This document shows positions 43,485 to 54,245 of a stretch of 64,000 nucleotides of DNA, in pieces (position 1 is the stretch's first letter; every line of letters starts with the position of its first letter). The DNA is from Utricularia gibba (Eukaryota > Plantae > Magnoliophyta). Location: the NCBI GenBank assembly GCA_002189035.1, contig NEEC01000002.1, forward strand, positions 558,001-622,000, read 5' to 3'. A model generated the notes under the pieces. That model was not told where the DNA came from. It was given only the letters and a program-made list of their open reading frames with translations, and did no database searches. The translations under genes and the position numbers were made by a program.

Positions 43485-46078
43485 TCAGACTTCATACACC
43501 ATTCCTACTCTAACAAGTCTGGTTCTGGGGATGGCGAGGAGCTGCTTAGCTTCCCTGAAGTTCTTCCTCAGGAAGGGGTACGCTCTGTTCACCACAAATC
43601 TCTTTACCACCGACGATTCTCTGCTCGCCAGCACATCCGCTTCTCCGATCAAGTAAAAGACTCCTTCATCTCTCGCCTTCCCAGAAACTGCGTCTCCTCA
43701 ACCGCAGAGTCGCCACCTTCCTGCACTATGAACTCCTTCAAGTTCTCCACCAATTCGTTTTCGAATTCCCACGACTCCACCGCCACGTCCTTGTACCCGT
43801 ACCTGACTGTGCAGTCGAACACTCTGTAGTCCCTGGGTTCGATTTGCCGGAACAGGAATCGTTCCTCCTTCGCAACCCTGTTGATTGGGAGTGACTTGAT
43901 TGAGACGAAGACGATCACGGAATGGATCGCGGGATGTTGGAGATGAAATGGGTGAAGATTTGGGGAACGCCGTCTACGAGTTCGGAGTAGAGGAGCCCGA
44001 TTCCAGGGATTCGTTTGATGCTATCGTTCTGGGATAATTCGATGAGGTAATCGTAGGGCACTTTGTTTCTGATCTCGTACAGGTAGCGCTGTTTTTGGGC
44101 GTAATGCCAGATTGCCATTATCACCATCAGGATTACAGCCAAAGCCAATGGGAGATAAGCGCCTTGAGTGAACTTGTAGAGAGCAGAGCTCAAGTATATG
44201 AGCTCCAATGATACGAATACTACCACGAACAAGACCACCTTCCACAACTTGGTTTTCCACACTACCAGCATGATTAGAGCGAGCATGGAGCTAGTGATCA
44301 GCATGACAGTGATCACAGCGACACCTAGAGAAAAAAGAATGAATCTTTAGCTGGGGTGCAAGATCAAGATCAGCAAGCATGGAGGAGCTCGTGTGCTTAC
44401 CGAAGGCGTTGCCTATCTGCTGTGTGGTCTTGAAAAGAAAGGTCAAGATGACACAAGCAACCATGAGAGCGTAGTTGACCTCTGGGATGTAAACTTGGCC
44501 CTCATATTTTGCAGAGGTATGCACTACCTTCACTCGTGGGAAGGAGCCAAGGCCAAGGGACTGCGAGATGATTGAAAATGTTCCTGATATCAGAGACTGG
44601 CTTGCGATTACGGCTGCGATGTTCGCCACAACGAATATTGGCCAGTACACCGCATCTGTCTAAGAGTACATTAATTACATCTTCAGCAAGAAGAGTGAGC
44701 AGTTTATATGCACAAACTTGCCTGGTATGGAGGCATAGAATGTATTAGCCACGTTCTTAGGGTGCTTGGTGAGATAGGCAGCTTGGCCAATATAAGCCAC
44801 GAGTACTGATGGAAACACTATTGTGGAGAAACTAAGCTGCCAAGATTGCAAGAAAAGCATAAGGAAAAAGAACATATCTGTGTGCTCTATTGAACTGTAT
44901 GTAGTCATTCGTACCTGGATGGCTGGTACATTGAAGTGGCCCAAGTCGGCAAACATGGCTTCAGTGCCTGGTCAAGAAAACTGCCTTAGACAAAGCTACC
45001 ATGATCATGGCATGTTATGTTATAATATTGAACAAACCTGTGATGCAGAGGACTACACCACCGAGAGAGATCCACCCTTTATGCCCAGTTCTTCTGAAGT
45101 ACTCAAAGATATATGTTGGACTGAAGGCGCGGAGAACGCTAGCATCATGCTTGATTAAGTTGTATAGACCGATCACGGTGATGGAGAGAAACCACAGGCA
45201 GAGGAATGGTGAAAACATGTAGCCGACTTTATCAGTCCCGAATCGTTGTACAGCGAAGAGGACGATCAGTATGGCGATTGATATCCAAACAACAGCATCT
45301 GTAAAATGAAGGGGTGATGATGTCCAGATTCAATAGCAGAACAATGAAAAGACATGATGGTCGGCTGCATACCCTGGCTCAGATTCTTGAAGCCACTCAC
45401 TGCTGAGAGAACTGCAATTCAGGAGCAGGTTGGCTGTTCATCAACCAGCGTAAAAGCAAGCGAAACCAGAAAAAATCACTCACCTGAGATGCAAGGAGTC
45501 AAGATCCCATCACCGATAAGCATCGAGGTACCCATGATGGTTGCAAGAAAGAGTACGATTTTTGCTGGTCTACTGCTCTGCATCTTCCCCTTGATCGCCT
45601 CTGACAACTTGGTCTCCTTCGATGGCAAATCCAAACCGTAGTTAGACAATTTCCTATCCTCTGGCTGACTCTTCGGAATAAGGCTCACGTTCGCGTTCCG
45701 GCACAACAGCGAATACAGCGCAAATGTACCCCCTGAAACAAGCATCAAAACAGATGACGGAACCCTAGGGCAACGACGGCATCGAGTTTTCGACGTACCT
45801 TCGCCGTTGTCATTAGCCGCCAAGACGATGAAGACATACTTGACCAAAGATATCAAAATGATGGTGTAAATGATGAGGGAGAGAACGCCCAGGATGTCGT
45901 CTTTGTGTTCGATCCCGTCCGGGAAGGTGCTGGAGTAGACGTACAGCGGCGAAGTACCCAAGTCACCGTACACAACTCCGATGCTCTGAAACGCCAGAAG
46001 CAACGTCCTGTTCCAGTTCGCCTTTCCCACTCTGGCTCGGTGAGCAGATGACGCGTCGGCGGCCTCTAAGTCGGTCAT
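43485..46078 (-). CDS. HAK5: KUP/HAK/KT high-affinity K+ transporter, HAK5 clade; two apparent 1-nt frameshifts (43931-43933, 43680-43682); short N-terminus
   Basis: [50 protein letters not shown]. The corrected frame ends [11 protein letters not shown]. One GC-AG intron. Confidence 0.93.
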
Positions 46079-46119
46079 GGTGGCTCTCTGTGTGCAGCAT
46101 CTTCGCCACTCCCAGAGAT

Positions 46120-46127
46120 CTATATAG
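46120..46127 (-). promoter_or_regulatory. TATA-like box of HAK5
   Basis: CTATATAG about 42 nt upstream of ATG 46078, which is in a gccaccATG context. Confidence 0.5.
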
Positions 46128-47110
46128 AGGCACATGCAACGAAGCAAGCCTGGTGCAGCTGAGTTAGTGCCTCCGCTTTTCTTGACCGGGTGGACGTGTA
46201 CGGCTACACTTCACCTGGCCATTGCATCCACCCCTTCAAAAACGGAACTCTAACTGGCTTTGTTAGGTCATAAATTAGATGCCATTTGTTTTAATATAAA
46301 AAACTATACATTACATTCCGTTTACTTCTTAGTTTAAATAAATTATAAATTCGGATTTATTTAATCCCATATTCATTTTTTTATCTAATTTTAGATATTT
46401 TATTCCTTTTTTACCATATTTATTTAAATTCAAATAAATTACAGTGAATCCATTAAGGTTCAGTTTGGTTAGATGGAAGGGAATAATTAGATTTATTTTT
46501 ATTCAGTATAAAAAAATATTTCCTAAAGGGATAGAAAAAAAAACTCACTCTCTCTTTAGAATTATTTTTATACTTTATTGCATAATTGCAATAATTTTTT
46601 TTTTACCCATACATAATTAATCAACCAATCAAACATATAAACAATATTTAGTTTACTATCAACAAACTACATATCAATCCCACCAAATAATGATGGTGAA
46701 CAATCCAAGGGTCCAAATTCCGAGACTGGAATTCCATTTACAAGTGTTTTCTGATAGTCAGTCAATGATGCCAGGACAAAAACACACGTCTCTTCATTTT
46801 ATTGTTATTTTTTAAAAAATAAATCATGGGTTCTAGAAAATGCAATTTTAGTCAATAAAGCAGTAGGTGGAGGGTTGTGTGTGGTAATGGTGTCGCGTCA
46901 CGTGATGGGGGGTGGGCTCCCTTTTCCCGTGGCCACATTTATGTTATTATGGCTTCAACTAACGCACCAAATGGGAGATTGTAACTTCGAATTGTTATTA
47001 TGATTCAATTAAATAAAATTGAACACATTTTAAAAATATTATAAAAAATTAAAATAATTATTTGAATTTAATATTTATAAAAAAAATAATTAAATCCAAA
47101 ATGGAAAATA

Positions 47111-47223
47111 TGACGTCAAGTTGAATCCCATATGGGCCTCAATCTGCAAGTCCAATACAAAAGTGTGAGGGTGTGGATCCATTTGGACAGCTCAAATCAC
47201 AAAAATATTGAAGGCCCAGCCCA
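47111..47223. promoter_or_regulatory. Orphan promoter motifs: TGACGTCA plus three site II elements
   Basis: TGACGTCA 47111-47118, TGGGCC 47133-47138, GGCCCA 47213-47218, AGCCCA 47218-47223. No adjacent protein-coding start. Confidence 0.5.
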
Positions 47224-47393
47224 ACGACAGGGTGCACTAGCCGACTAGCCGTTACGTTAAAGCGTTCGCAATTATTTGATCTGTGCGCAGGCGAGGCAGT
47301 TTTGCCTTTATTTCTGGGTACATCGGCGTTGAACACGATGTTTTTTGTGCGATCGAGTGTTTGTTGGTGCCAGGAAGATGTCGCTACTCTCAA

Positions 47394-47511
47394 GGAGACG
47401 TCCGTAGAATTTTTTTTATCATTACCGCCATGCAGATCAGCTGTTTGTGCAAATGTCCCTGTGACGGAAAACTTCGGTAATATATAGCTTTTCTGGAATC
47501 CGGATGTCTCC
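47394..47511 (+). ncRNA. Candidate structured ncRNA / pre-miRNA-like foldback (118 nt)
   Basis: GGAGACGTCCG (47394-47404) pairs with CGGATGTCTCC (47501-47511, one G-U); TAGAA pairs with TTCTG; ATTACCG (47421-47427) pairs with CGGTAAT (47475-47481). Lies downstream of the orphan site II promoter. No known family recognised; strand is inferred. Confidence 0.35.
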
Positions 47512-47896
47512 ATGAAATGATTGCTGCAGTAGAATCAAAACGGTAAATTGGAGATTCGGTGAAGTAAATTTAGGAACCATGCAAAAGGATACTTGCTTCT
47601 TTCTTTTTTTGGCAAGGTGGCATCGCCTGTATTTATGCAACTGACGAGGGTTTCGAGTTATAGCTTATAAATGATTTGAATAGCTAGGGTTTGCTGATGA
47701 TTAATCTGAGGAGAGTATGTGATACGACATGCAGGTGCTATAAAACATCTTTTTTCTGGTTGCGGCACGGGAAAATAATTCTGAGTGATGATTCTGAACA
47801 GTACCTTCTGCAGGGGAAATTACTGCATCCAATTTACTACCCTACTGAATGATCGACTTCTCAAGTTCCAACACATTTGGAAGACAAGGGTGCTTT

Positions 47897-50165
47897 CTAT
47901 GCATGAGATACTAGCTCCTGTTTGCTGATTTGTTGCATATGCATTCCATCCCTGGGGTCGTTCACTTGCTTTCTTCTGTACTGGTACTTGTGTGCCGCAT
48001 ACAAGAACACGCAGAAGTTGATCACACTCAGGACAGTAAGGAGCCAATAGAAGTAATCAAACCGGCCAGTGTTTATATTTTGGGACAGCCAAGAAGGTTT
48101 TCTTTTCTCCGCATTTCCAGTCAAAGATTTGACAATGTTATTGAGTAGAGTTGCCGCAAAGCAGCCTAGACCACCAGCCACAGCAGCGTAAGCTGAACCA
48201 ATGCTTCTCATGGCATCTGGTGCCTCTTCATACAGAAATTCTAGCAATCCCACAATGCAAAATACTTCAGCTATGCCAATCAAGCAGTATTGTATTAACA
48301 ACCAGTATGCGCTCAATTCAGGCATCGGTGTCAGGAAGCTGGCCTCATAGCCATGTTTCAGGGCATGGCTCCTTCTGAACCTCTCAAAGACGCCAGCCCA
48401 CGATACTGACAGAATTGAAACTACCAAACCGATTCCTACTCTCTGTAGCTGAGATGCACCATGCGGATGCCCAGTAATTCGCCTGGACAACGGCACGAAA
48501 ACAGAGTAATATAATGAGAGCAGTAGGAATATACTTATTCCTGGGAAAACAGGCATGCAGGTGACTGGAAGTTTAAGACGGCCCATGTGCGTGTTTAATG
48601 TATACGCCTGTTGTACTGATAGGGTCAGGAACTCGGTAAGAATGAGATTGAGCATGATGGTGCAAGCCGGAATCGGGAGGAGTTTCAGAAGGATCTTCAC
48701 TTCTTCGACTTGTGTAACAGTACACAGCCTCCAAGGACTTGGACTAAGTCCATCTTCTTTCAGTTTGAGTGCCGCCTTGTCTAGGCACCTACAGGATCAG
48801 ATTGTTCATAATCAGCAAAACGATATAAGGTGCGTAATCTGAACAAGATTAGAGCGTAGAGAATGTAAACGGCTACCTGAAATCCTCTGTATGTGCAATC
48901 TTATTACTGCCTATAATGGCTGATCTTTTGCCCTGGAGTTCGTACAGTCCCACGTATTCACTGCTCTGAAAGGAAGCTTTTCTCTTCCGAAAGGCAGCAA
49001 CCAATACTTGTGCCACCCTTGTGAGTGGACTACCCCCAGGCAATCTATGTCTGTACAGCGGAGTTCCCAGAAAGAAAACGAGGTTGGACATGCCCATAGC
49101 AATGGCTAGTGAACCAAATGCAGAACCCCAGCCATGCTCCATCTGAATGTAGACCACCGCAGTGAAGGCCACGATTGCTCCTACGGTTACTGACAGATAG
49201 AAGAAGTTGAAAAACCTGTCCAAGTGTTCCTTGTAGTCCTTGCTTCTTTCATCGAACTGATCAGCGCCAAAGGAAGAGACGCAGGGCCTGATGCCCGCAG
49301 CTCCGAATCCAGTGATGTACAATGCTGCGTAGAGGTATATCATCTGCCACTGTTTTGCAGGTTCGCAATTTCCCATTAAGAGGGCATTTTGGTCGCATCT
49401 GTCTTGATTTGGCATGAGGACGGTGATGGTTGCAGACAAGGTTATTCCTGTTAGACCCTCCAAAAATTGAAATTTTACCGATATGATTAGAATATTCTGC
49501 AGATTGTGCAACCAGAACGGCAGTGAAACGTTTTTTGATTAAAGAATTTGCAGTATATGTAAAGTGAAGATGAATTACCACAAGATAAAGAGTTGTGAAA
49601 ATGGCTATTGTCCAATATCTACCAAGATATGCATCCGCGAGGAAACCTCCAAGAACAGAGGAAGCCTGGGATATTCCTAAGAAATTGTTGACTGCGTTAG
49701 CAGAACTTTCAAATGGCCGATGCATGACGTAGAACATGAACGCCACCATGTTTACAGATAGACCAAAGTAAGCCATTCTCTCTGCCATTTCGTTGCCTGA
49801 TTACACCCAGGTTCAAAGGTTAGGGCATGGAAAATTCTGCTGCATCTCGTGGTTTGGGATACCCGAGAAAATTTGCAAATGGAAAGAGGGATAGAACCTA
49901 GAGGCGTAAAGCATACCAAAAATGAAAAAGGCAGCTATCCAGCCGCCCGTCTTGGACATGGTGACTTCAGGGATTGGCTTTCCACGGATGTTAACTGGTG
50001 TTGATCCAGTCGTGTAACCGCCTCCAGAGCTGTTCTCCGGTCATCTGATTCAAGGAAGTACAAACCCAGCCTTTTCCTTCTCTGTGTATCGGTGGTTCCC
50101 GCTTCCATTGCTGGTGAAGTCCCCGGTGGTGGAAAATGTGATGCTTTTACTTCTCTGCCGTCCAT
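47897..50165 (-). CDS. NPF6.1: NRT1/PTR family transporter, NPF6.1 (At5g13400-like); apparent 1-nt frameshift at 50024-50025
   Basis: 4 exons. GGWIAAFFIFGNEMAERMAYFGLSVNMVAFMFYVMHRPF, GAAGIRPCVSSFGADQFD, YEEAPDAMRSIGSAY. Confidence 0.93.
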
Positions 50166-51848
50166 TGAGAGAAGTAAGTCTCCACAACTCGCTTGTACCT
50201 TCACTCTGATCCCAATGAAACAGGTTTATACCACTAATATATTCAATGTGGCCTCTAAATTTGGTGCCTGTGCACCATTTCCTTGACTTTTGTTATCTCA
50301 TGGGTGTCGAAATTATTATAGAATGCAGCACTTTTAGAGGAGAAGGTTGCTCCTATTTAATGCTGCAGCAACATCAATTGTGCTTAAGGTAAATGCGACT
50401 GCCTCTAGACACCTACCACCTTGACAAAGGGTTTGATTTCGGTCTTATTGAAGTGAACAGGAATGTCTAATCAAACTGCACTATTACTGATATTAGACCA
50501 ACCCTTTTTACTATCTTATGAGACCGATGAAACTGAAATGCAGCCACTGCTGGGAATCACACTATCCCCATGGAAAAGAAGCTCTTTTTCCTCCAAGGAT
50601 TCATTGAGGATCATTACTTCAAACAGGGAAAGTAAATGCATGGCAGTGACAATAAAGAGCACTCCAACTAACATGTAGCTGGGGGTCATAAATGAAGAAA
50701 GAATCTCAGGCCGTAAGCGGCAATAATGGTTGCACTGCATTTGGTTGGCACTTTCCGCCAGGGTTTATCACAACTCCAATCTCGCTTTTTAGCGGTTAGT
50801 ACTTAAAGAGAATCAAGTTTTATCTATAGATTCATGTGCTTTTACCCCTATCCGTCTTTTTCCTTCCTTTAAACCCTATTTGCAGCCCATAAATTCTCAT
50901 GAACATGATACAATGTTGCAACTTTTATTTTCGTCATCCTACCTGTTGAATATCCTCCTACCCAAGCCATTAATGAGTACTCCATGCTATGTTGTCCCCC
51001 TTGGACCCTTAGAATCTTATATGGGGAATGGTAAGCTTTGTAGTGCAGGCATGGGCTTTTTTCAAGTTTGACATATAAGGTACGGGCATGGACTTTTTTA
51101 TGGTTCCCTCTAGTTCTATGTTCATTCTCATCTATTCATTATCTGATGGTTTCCCAGCTTATTTTCGATAATCGGAAGTGAGCTTTTCGGTGTCGCCAAA
51201 AAATAAATAAATAAAGATACCGGGAATGTAGAGCATTTTCCATACGGTAGTGCCAACTTTTGGCAGTGGATTGGTGTTTCATGTAGACTAAAGCATTCTT
51301 CAAGAAGAATCAGGTTTTCAGAGGTATTAAGGGTTAATAAGCTGATGTACCTATTCTTAATTGTGGACACTCCCCTGTTCTTCAATGCTAATTGATTAAA
51401 ACGCGTCTAGATGTTTGATCGGTTTGCATGATTGCTGAGATCCAAAAGCTCATTGCAGGATTGAAGTATTGCTTATTAATTTGGATTTAGTGGTGTTCAA
51501 CTGAATGCAACAATTGTGTTCTTGATATGTCAGGATTGCTTTTCCAAGTGAGGTGACAGTGGTGAAGTGGATCAAAAGTATGAATTAGAGCATCTAACCA
51601 TACTAACTGCCAGCAGATGCTTCCAATTAATTTAGTTATCCCTGGCCTTCCAATCCCTGCACATCTTGTTGTGATCAAGCCCGCAAGATGCTTTTCCAGA
51701 TATTGGTAATACCATAGTAGCTCGCACAGTGCATCTACGAACAATTTGCTGCAGCGTTTTATGTATATTCCAAGTGCAGAATTGGACGATAATCTACGGA
51801 GGAAGAGTTCCCTGGTCTGTTGAATGCTGCTCTCTTGCCGAGCACACA

Positions 51849-51924
51849 AGTTCTATTACCTCCACATGTACAGGGGCATGCCTTTTCTACATAAAAGAGT
51901 TCTATAACCTCCACATGTACAGGG
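51849..51924. repeat. 27-bp direct repeat x2 (period 49)
   Basis: agttctattacctccacatgtacaggg / agttctataacctccacatgtacaggg. Confidence 0.9.
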
Positions 51925-52291
51925 TCATCCCAGCTGTGTTGGAGGAACAAAAGATGGTGATGGAGAACCACGGAAATGATACTTATTATGACGTTTTGTC
52001 GGAGATGGAACTTCTTTTTCGGTGAGTAAATGAAGTTTTTGAGACCTCACTCTCCGTTGATATTGCTCCTAAGAAGCTCAAACACTGAGTTCAGTGTGAC
52101 AACAAAGGAAGGAGTTGAATGTAAAAACATCTAAAAAGTTCAGTTTTCCCACAAACGGAGATAAAGACATGGCAGCTGGAGCTTTCTCCTTTATATCCCG
52201 GAGGCATGGGTGCCTAAAATATTGAGCCATCTGCTGAGAAACTTCTAAATGGATCTCATTTTCAGCTTTTCTCCTGAGATAGATTGGAATG

Positions 52292-52358
52292 CTATGGTGG
52301 TTGCTGTGAAGGGGAAGATGCAGGTGGGGTGCATCTACAGACACTATGGTGGTTGCTG
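52292..52358. repeat. 15-bp direct repeat x2 flanking a 7-bp inverted repeat
   Basis: ctatggtggttgctg at 52292 and 52344; agatgca (52316) / tgcatct (52330). Confidence 0.85.
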
Positions 52359-52653
52359 AGATAAAGTACCCACTGTTAGGTATGGATTGAGATTTGAGAT
52401 GACCATGACGGACATGGCGCAGATAATTGTATTAGGCCATTTTTTTTTACCATCAAAACCTTAGGAAACTTCACATATTCACAAAATCTACCCCAACTTT
52501 CTTTTCTAGAAGAAGATCGAACTGTCAACCTCGCTGTTCCCAACTGCTTACCAGGTACCAACCCAATTATGCAATGAATTATTCCATTCGGGTATGCGGT
52601 TGTTACGAGTATTCGTCATCGGTAGACCTCACCGCTCCCCTCAGTTTTTTCCT

Positions 52654-52735
52654 GTTTCTGGGTGAGAAATCCGAAGCATATACAGCAGCAGCTCCGTGTT
52701 TCTGGGAGAGAAGGTAGAAGCACATACAGCAGCAG
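52654..52735. repeat. About 44-bp imperfect tandem duplication directly upstream of the SEC14 ATG
   Basis: gtttctggg.gagaa....gaagca.atacagcagcagc at 52654 and 52698. Confidence 0.85.
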
Positions 52736-52746
52736 CAGAGTAAGAG

Positions 52747-53934
52747 ATGTCTTCGTATTTGTTCAAGTTGAGTTCTTTAACAAAGGGACAGGCTGAGGAA
52801 GCTGCAGGAAAAGACCAAAACCCAGAGAGTCAACGAGAAGATGTCGAGCGCAGCAAAATCGGAATCGTAAGGGCACTTGTTCAGGCGCAGGATCCTTCTT
52901 CCCAGGTAAGATCTTAGCTCACTTCAATTAGTTTTATTGACTTAATCTGAGTTTCATTCGCGGCATTTTTATACGGACCTCTTTGCATACAGGAGGTGGA
53001 TGATTTGATGATCCGCAGGTTTCTAAGAGCTCGTGATCTTGATGTGGAAAAGGCATCAGCTATGCTTCTGAAATATCTCAAATGGAGGAAAGAATTTGTT
53101 CCTAATGGCTTCATATCTCCAGATGAAATCCCTAATGACATTGCCCAGAACAAGCTGTTTATGCAAGGATTTGACAGAACCGGACGCCCCATCACACTCG
53201 TGTTCGCAGCTCGGCACAAGCCCACAACCTTAGAAGAGTTCAAACGTTCATTCTCCTCACCTGCTCAATGCTTTTACCTCGATGCTCTCGACCTTCTACA
53301 TAACTGACACCCATTTCTTTTATTCTCCAGGATACGTGGCTTTCACCTTAGACATAATTTGTGCAAGGTATCGACCAACAGTCTCCCATTCCCGGTATCC
53401 TTCACAAGTTCTCCACGCTCATTAGAACTGTGTTTTTGTTCTCTCAGAATGCCAAGTGGACATGAGAAGTTCATTTCCATTGCTGACCTTAAAGGATGGG
53501 GGTATCCCAACCTGGACATCCGTGGATATCTCGCTGCACTTCACATTTTGCAGGTATGGAAACAACAAAAAAGGGCTTACAGATCATCTAATCAGTGGCT
53601 GATTGAAGTTCGATTCACAGGATTGCTACCCTGAGAGGCTGGGGAAGCTGCTCATGATCCATGTGCCGTACATTTTCATGGCTGCCTGGAAGATGGTTTA
53701 TCCTTTCATAGACAATGTCACCAAGAAGAAGGTCGGTCCACCGAACTCTCTTCATCATGTTGTCCCATGCCTGCCATTCCTTGTGCCCAGCCTTCGTGCT
53801 TGTTTATCACATTGCAGATAGTGTTTGTGGAGGACAAGAAGCTTCTCCCAACTCTGCTGGAAGACATTGATGAGAGCAACATCCCAGAAGAATACGGAGG
53901 AAAACTAAAGCTTGTTCCTATTCACGAGTGCTGA
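52747..53934 (+). CDS. SEC14/CRAL-TRIO phosphatidylinositol transfer family protein (At1g14820/At1g01630-like)
   Basis: 6 exons in frame. DDLMIRRFLRARDLDVEKA, IADLKGWGYPNLD, QDCYPERLGKLLMIHVPYIF, FIDNVTKKKIVFV, IPEEYGGKL. Confidence 0.92.
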
Positions 53935-54110
53935 CGAATCAATTGTCAAGTTTGACTATGTGAGTGGGTCGGGTTGGCCGGAGAATCGAACCCGACCCAT
54001 TAGCGATGCCATGCGTCTTTGGTTGGAACTTGAAAGTTGGAAGTTGAAATTTGCTTTCTCTCTTTTCCACGCGAGAATTATAAAATTGCGAGGTCAACGT
54101 AATAATTAAT

Positions 54111-54173
54111 TGGGCCTTCGTACGGAGATTGAGCAATTGGGTCCGGCCCGACTGAGAATCAACATGGGCCCAC
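54111..54173 (+). promoter_or_regulatory. Site II/TCP motifs, METTL4 promoter
   Basis: TGGGCC 54111 and 54165, GGGCCCAC 54166, about 75-135 nt upstream of ATG 54246. Confidence 0.6.
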
Positions 54174-54245
54174 TACGACTGAAGGCTCCGCTTCATAAAA
54201 AGTGCCATCGACTCCGGACCCCGGCCCTTGGCGCGCCGCCGCAAA

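Noticed and set aside
47394-47593. H/ACA snoRNA reading of the foldback (AAATGA as H box, second hairpin, AUA)
   Set aside because: The 11-bp basal stem leaves no pseudouridylation pocket 14-16 nt from the H box, and the first hairpin is too long.
47685-47692. AAACCCTA (minus strand) as a telomerase RNA template
   Set aside because: Only one repeat plus one base and no USE/TATA promoter; better read as a telo-box.
50365-50377. gcagcaacatcaa resembling the miR172 star arm
   Set aside because: The match ends after 13 nt and no mature miR172 arm follows.
51712-51735. ALCELLW resembling the Ty1/copia RNase H motif
   Set aside because: Flanking copia motifs (EYRAM, CDN, KHI) are absent and no LTRs are seen.
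51849-52358. Repeat-spacer-repeat pairs as a CRISPR-like array
   Set aside because: Only two copies per repeat, the pairs are unrelated to each other, the context is eukaryotic and there are no cas genes.
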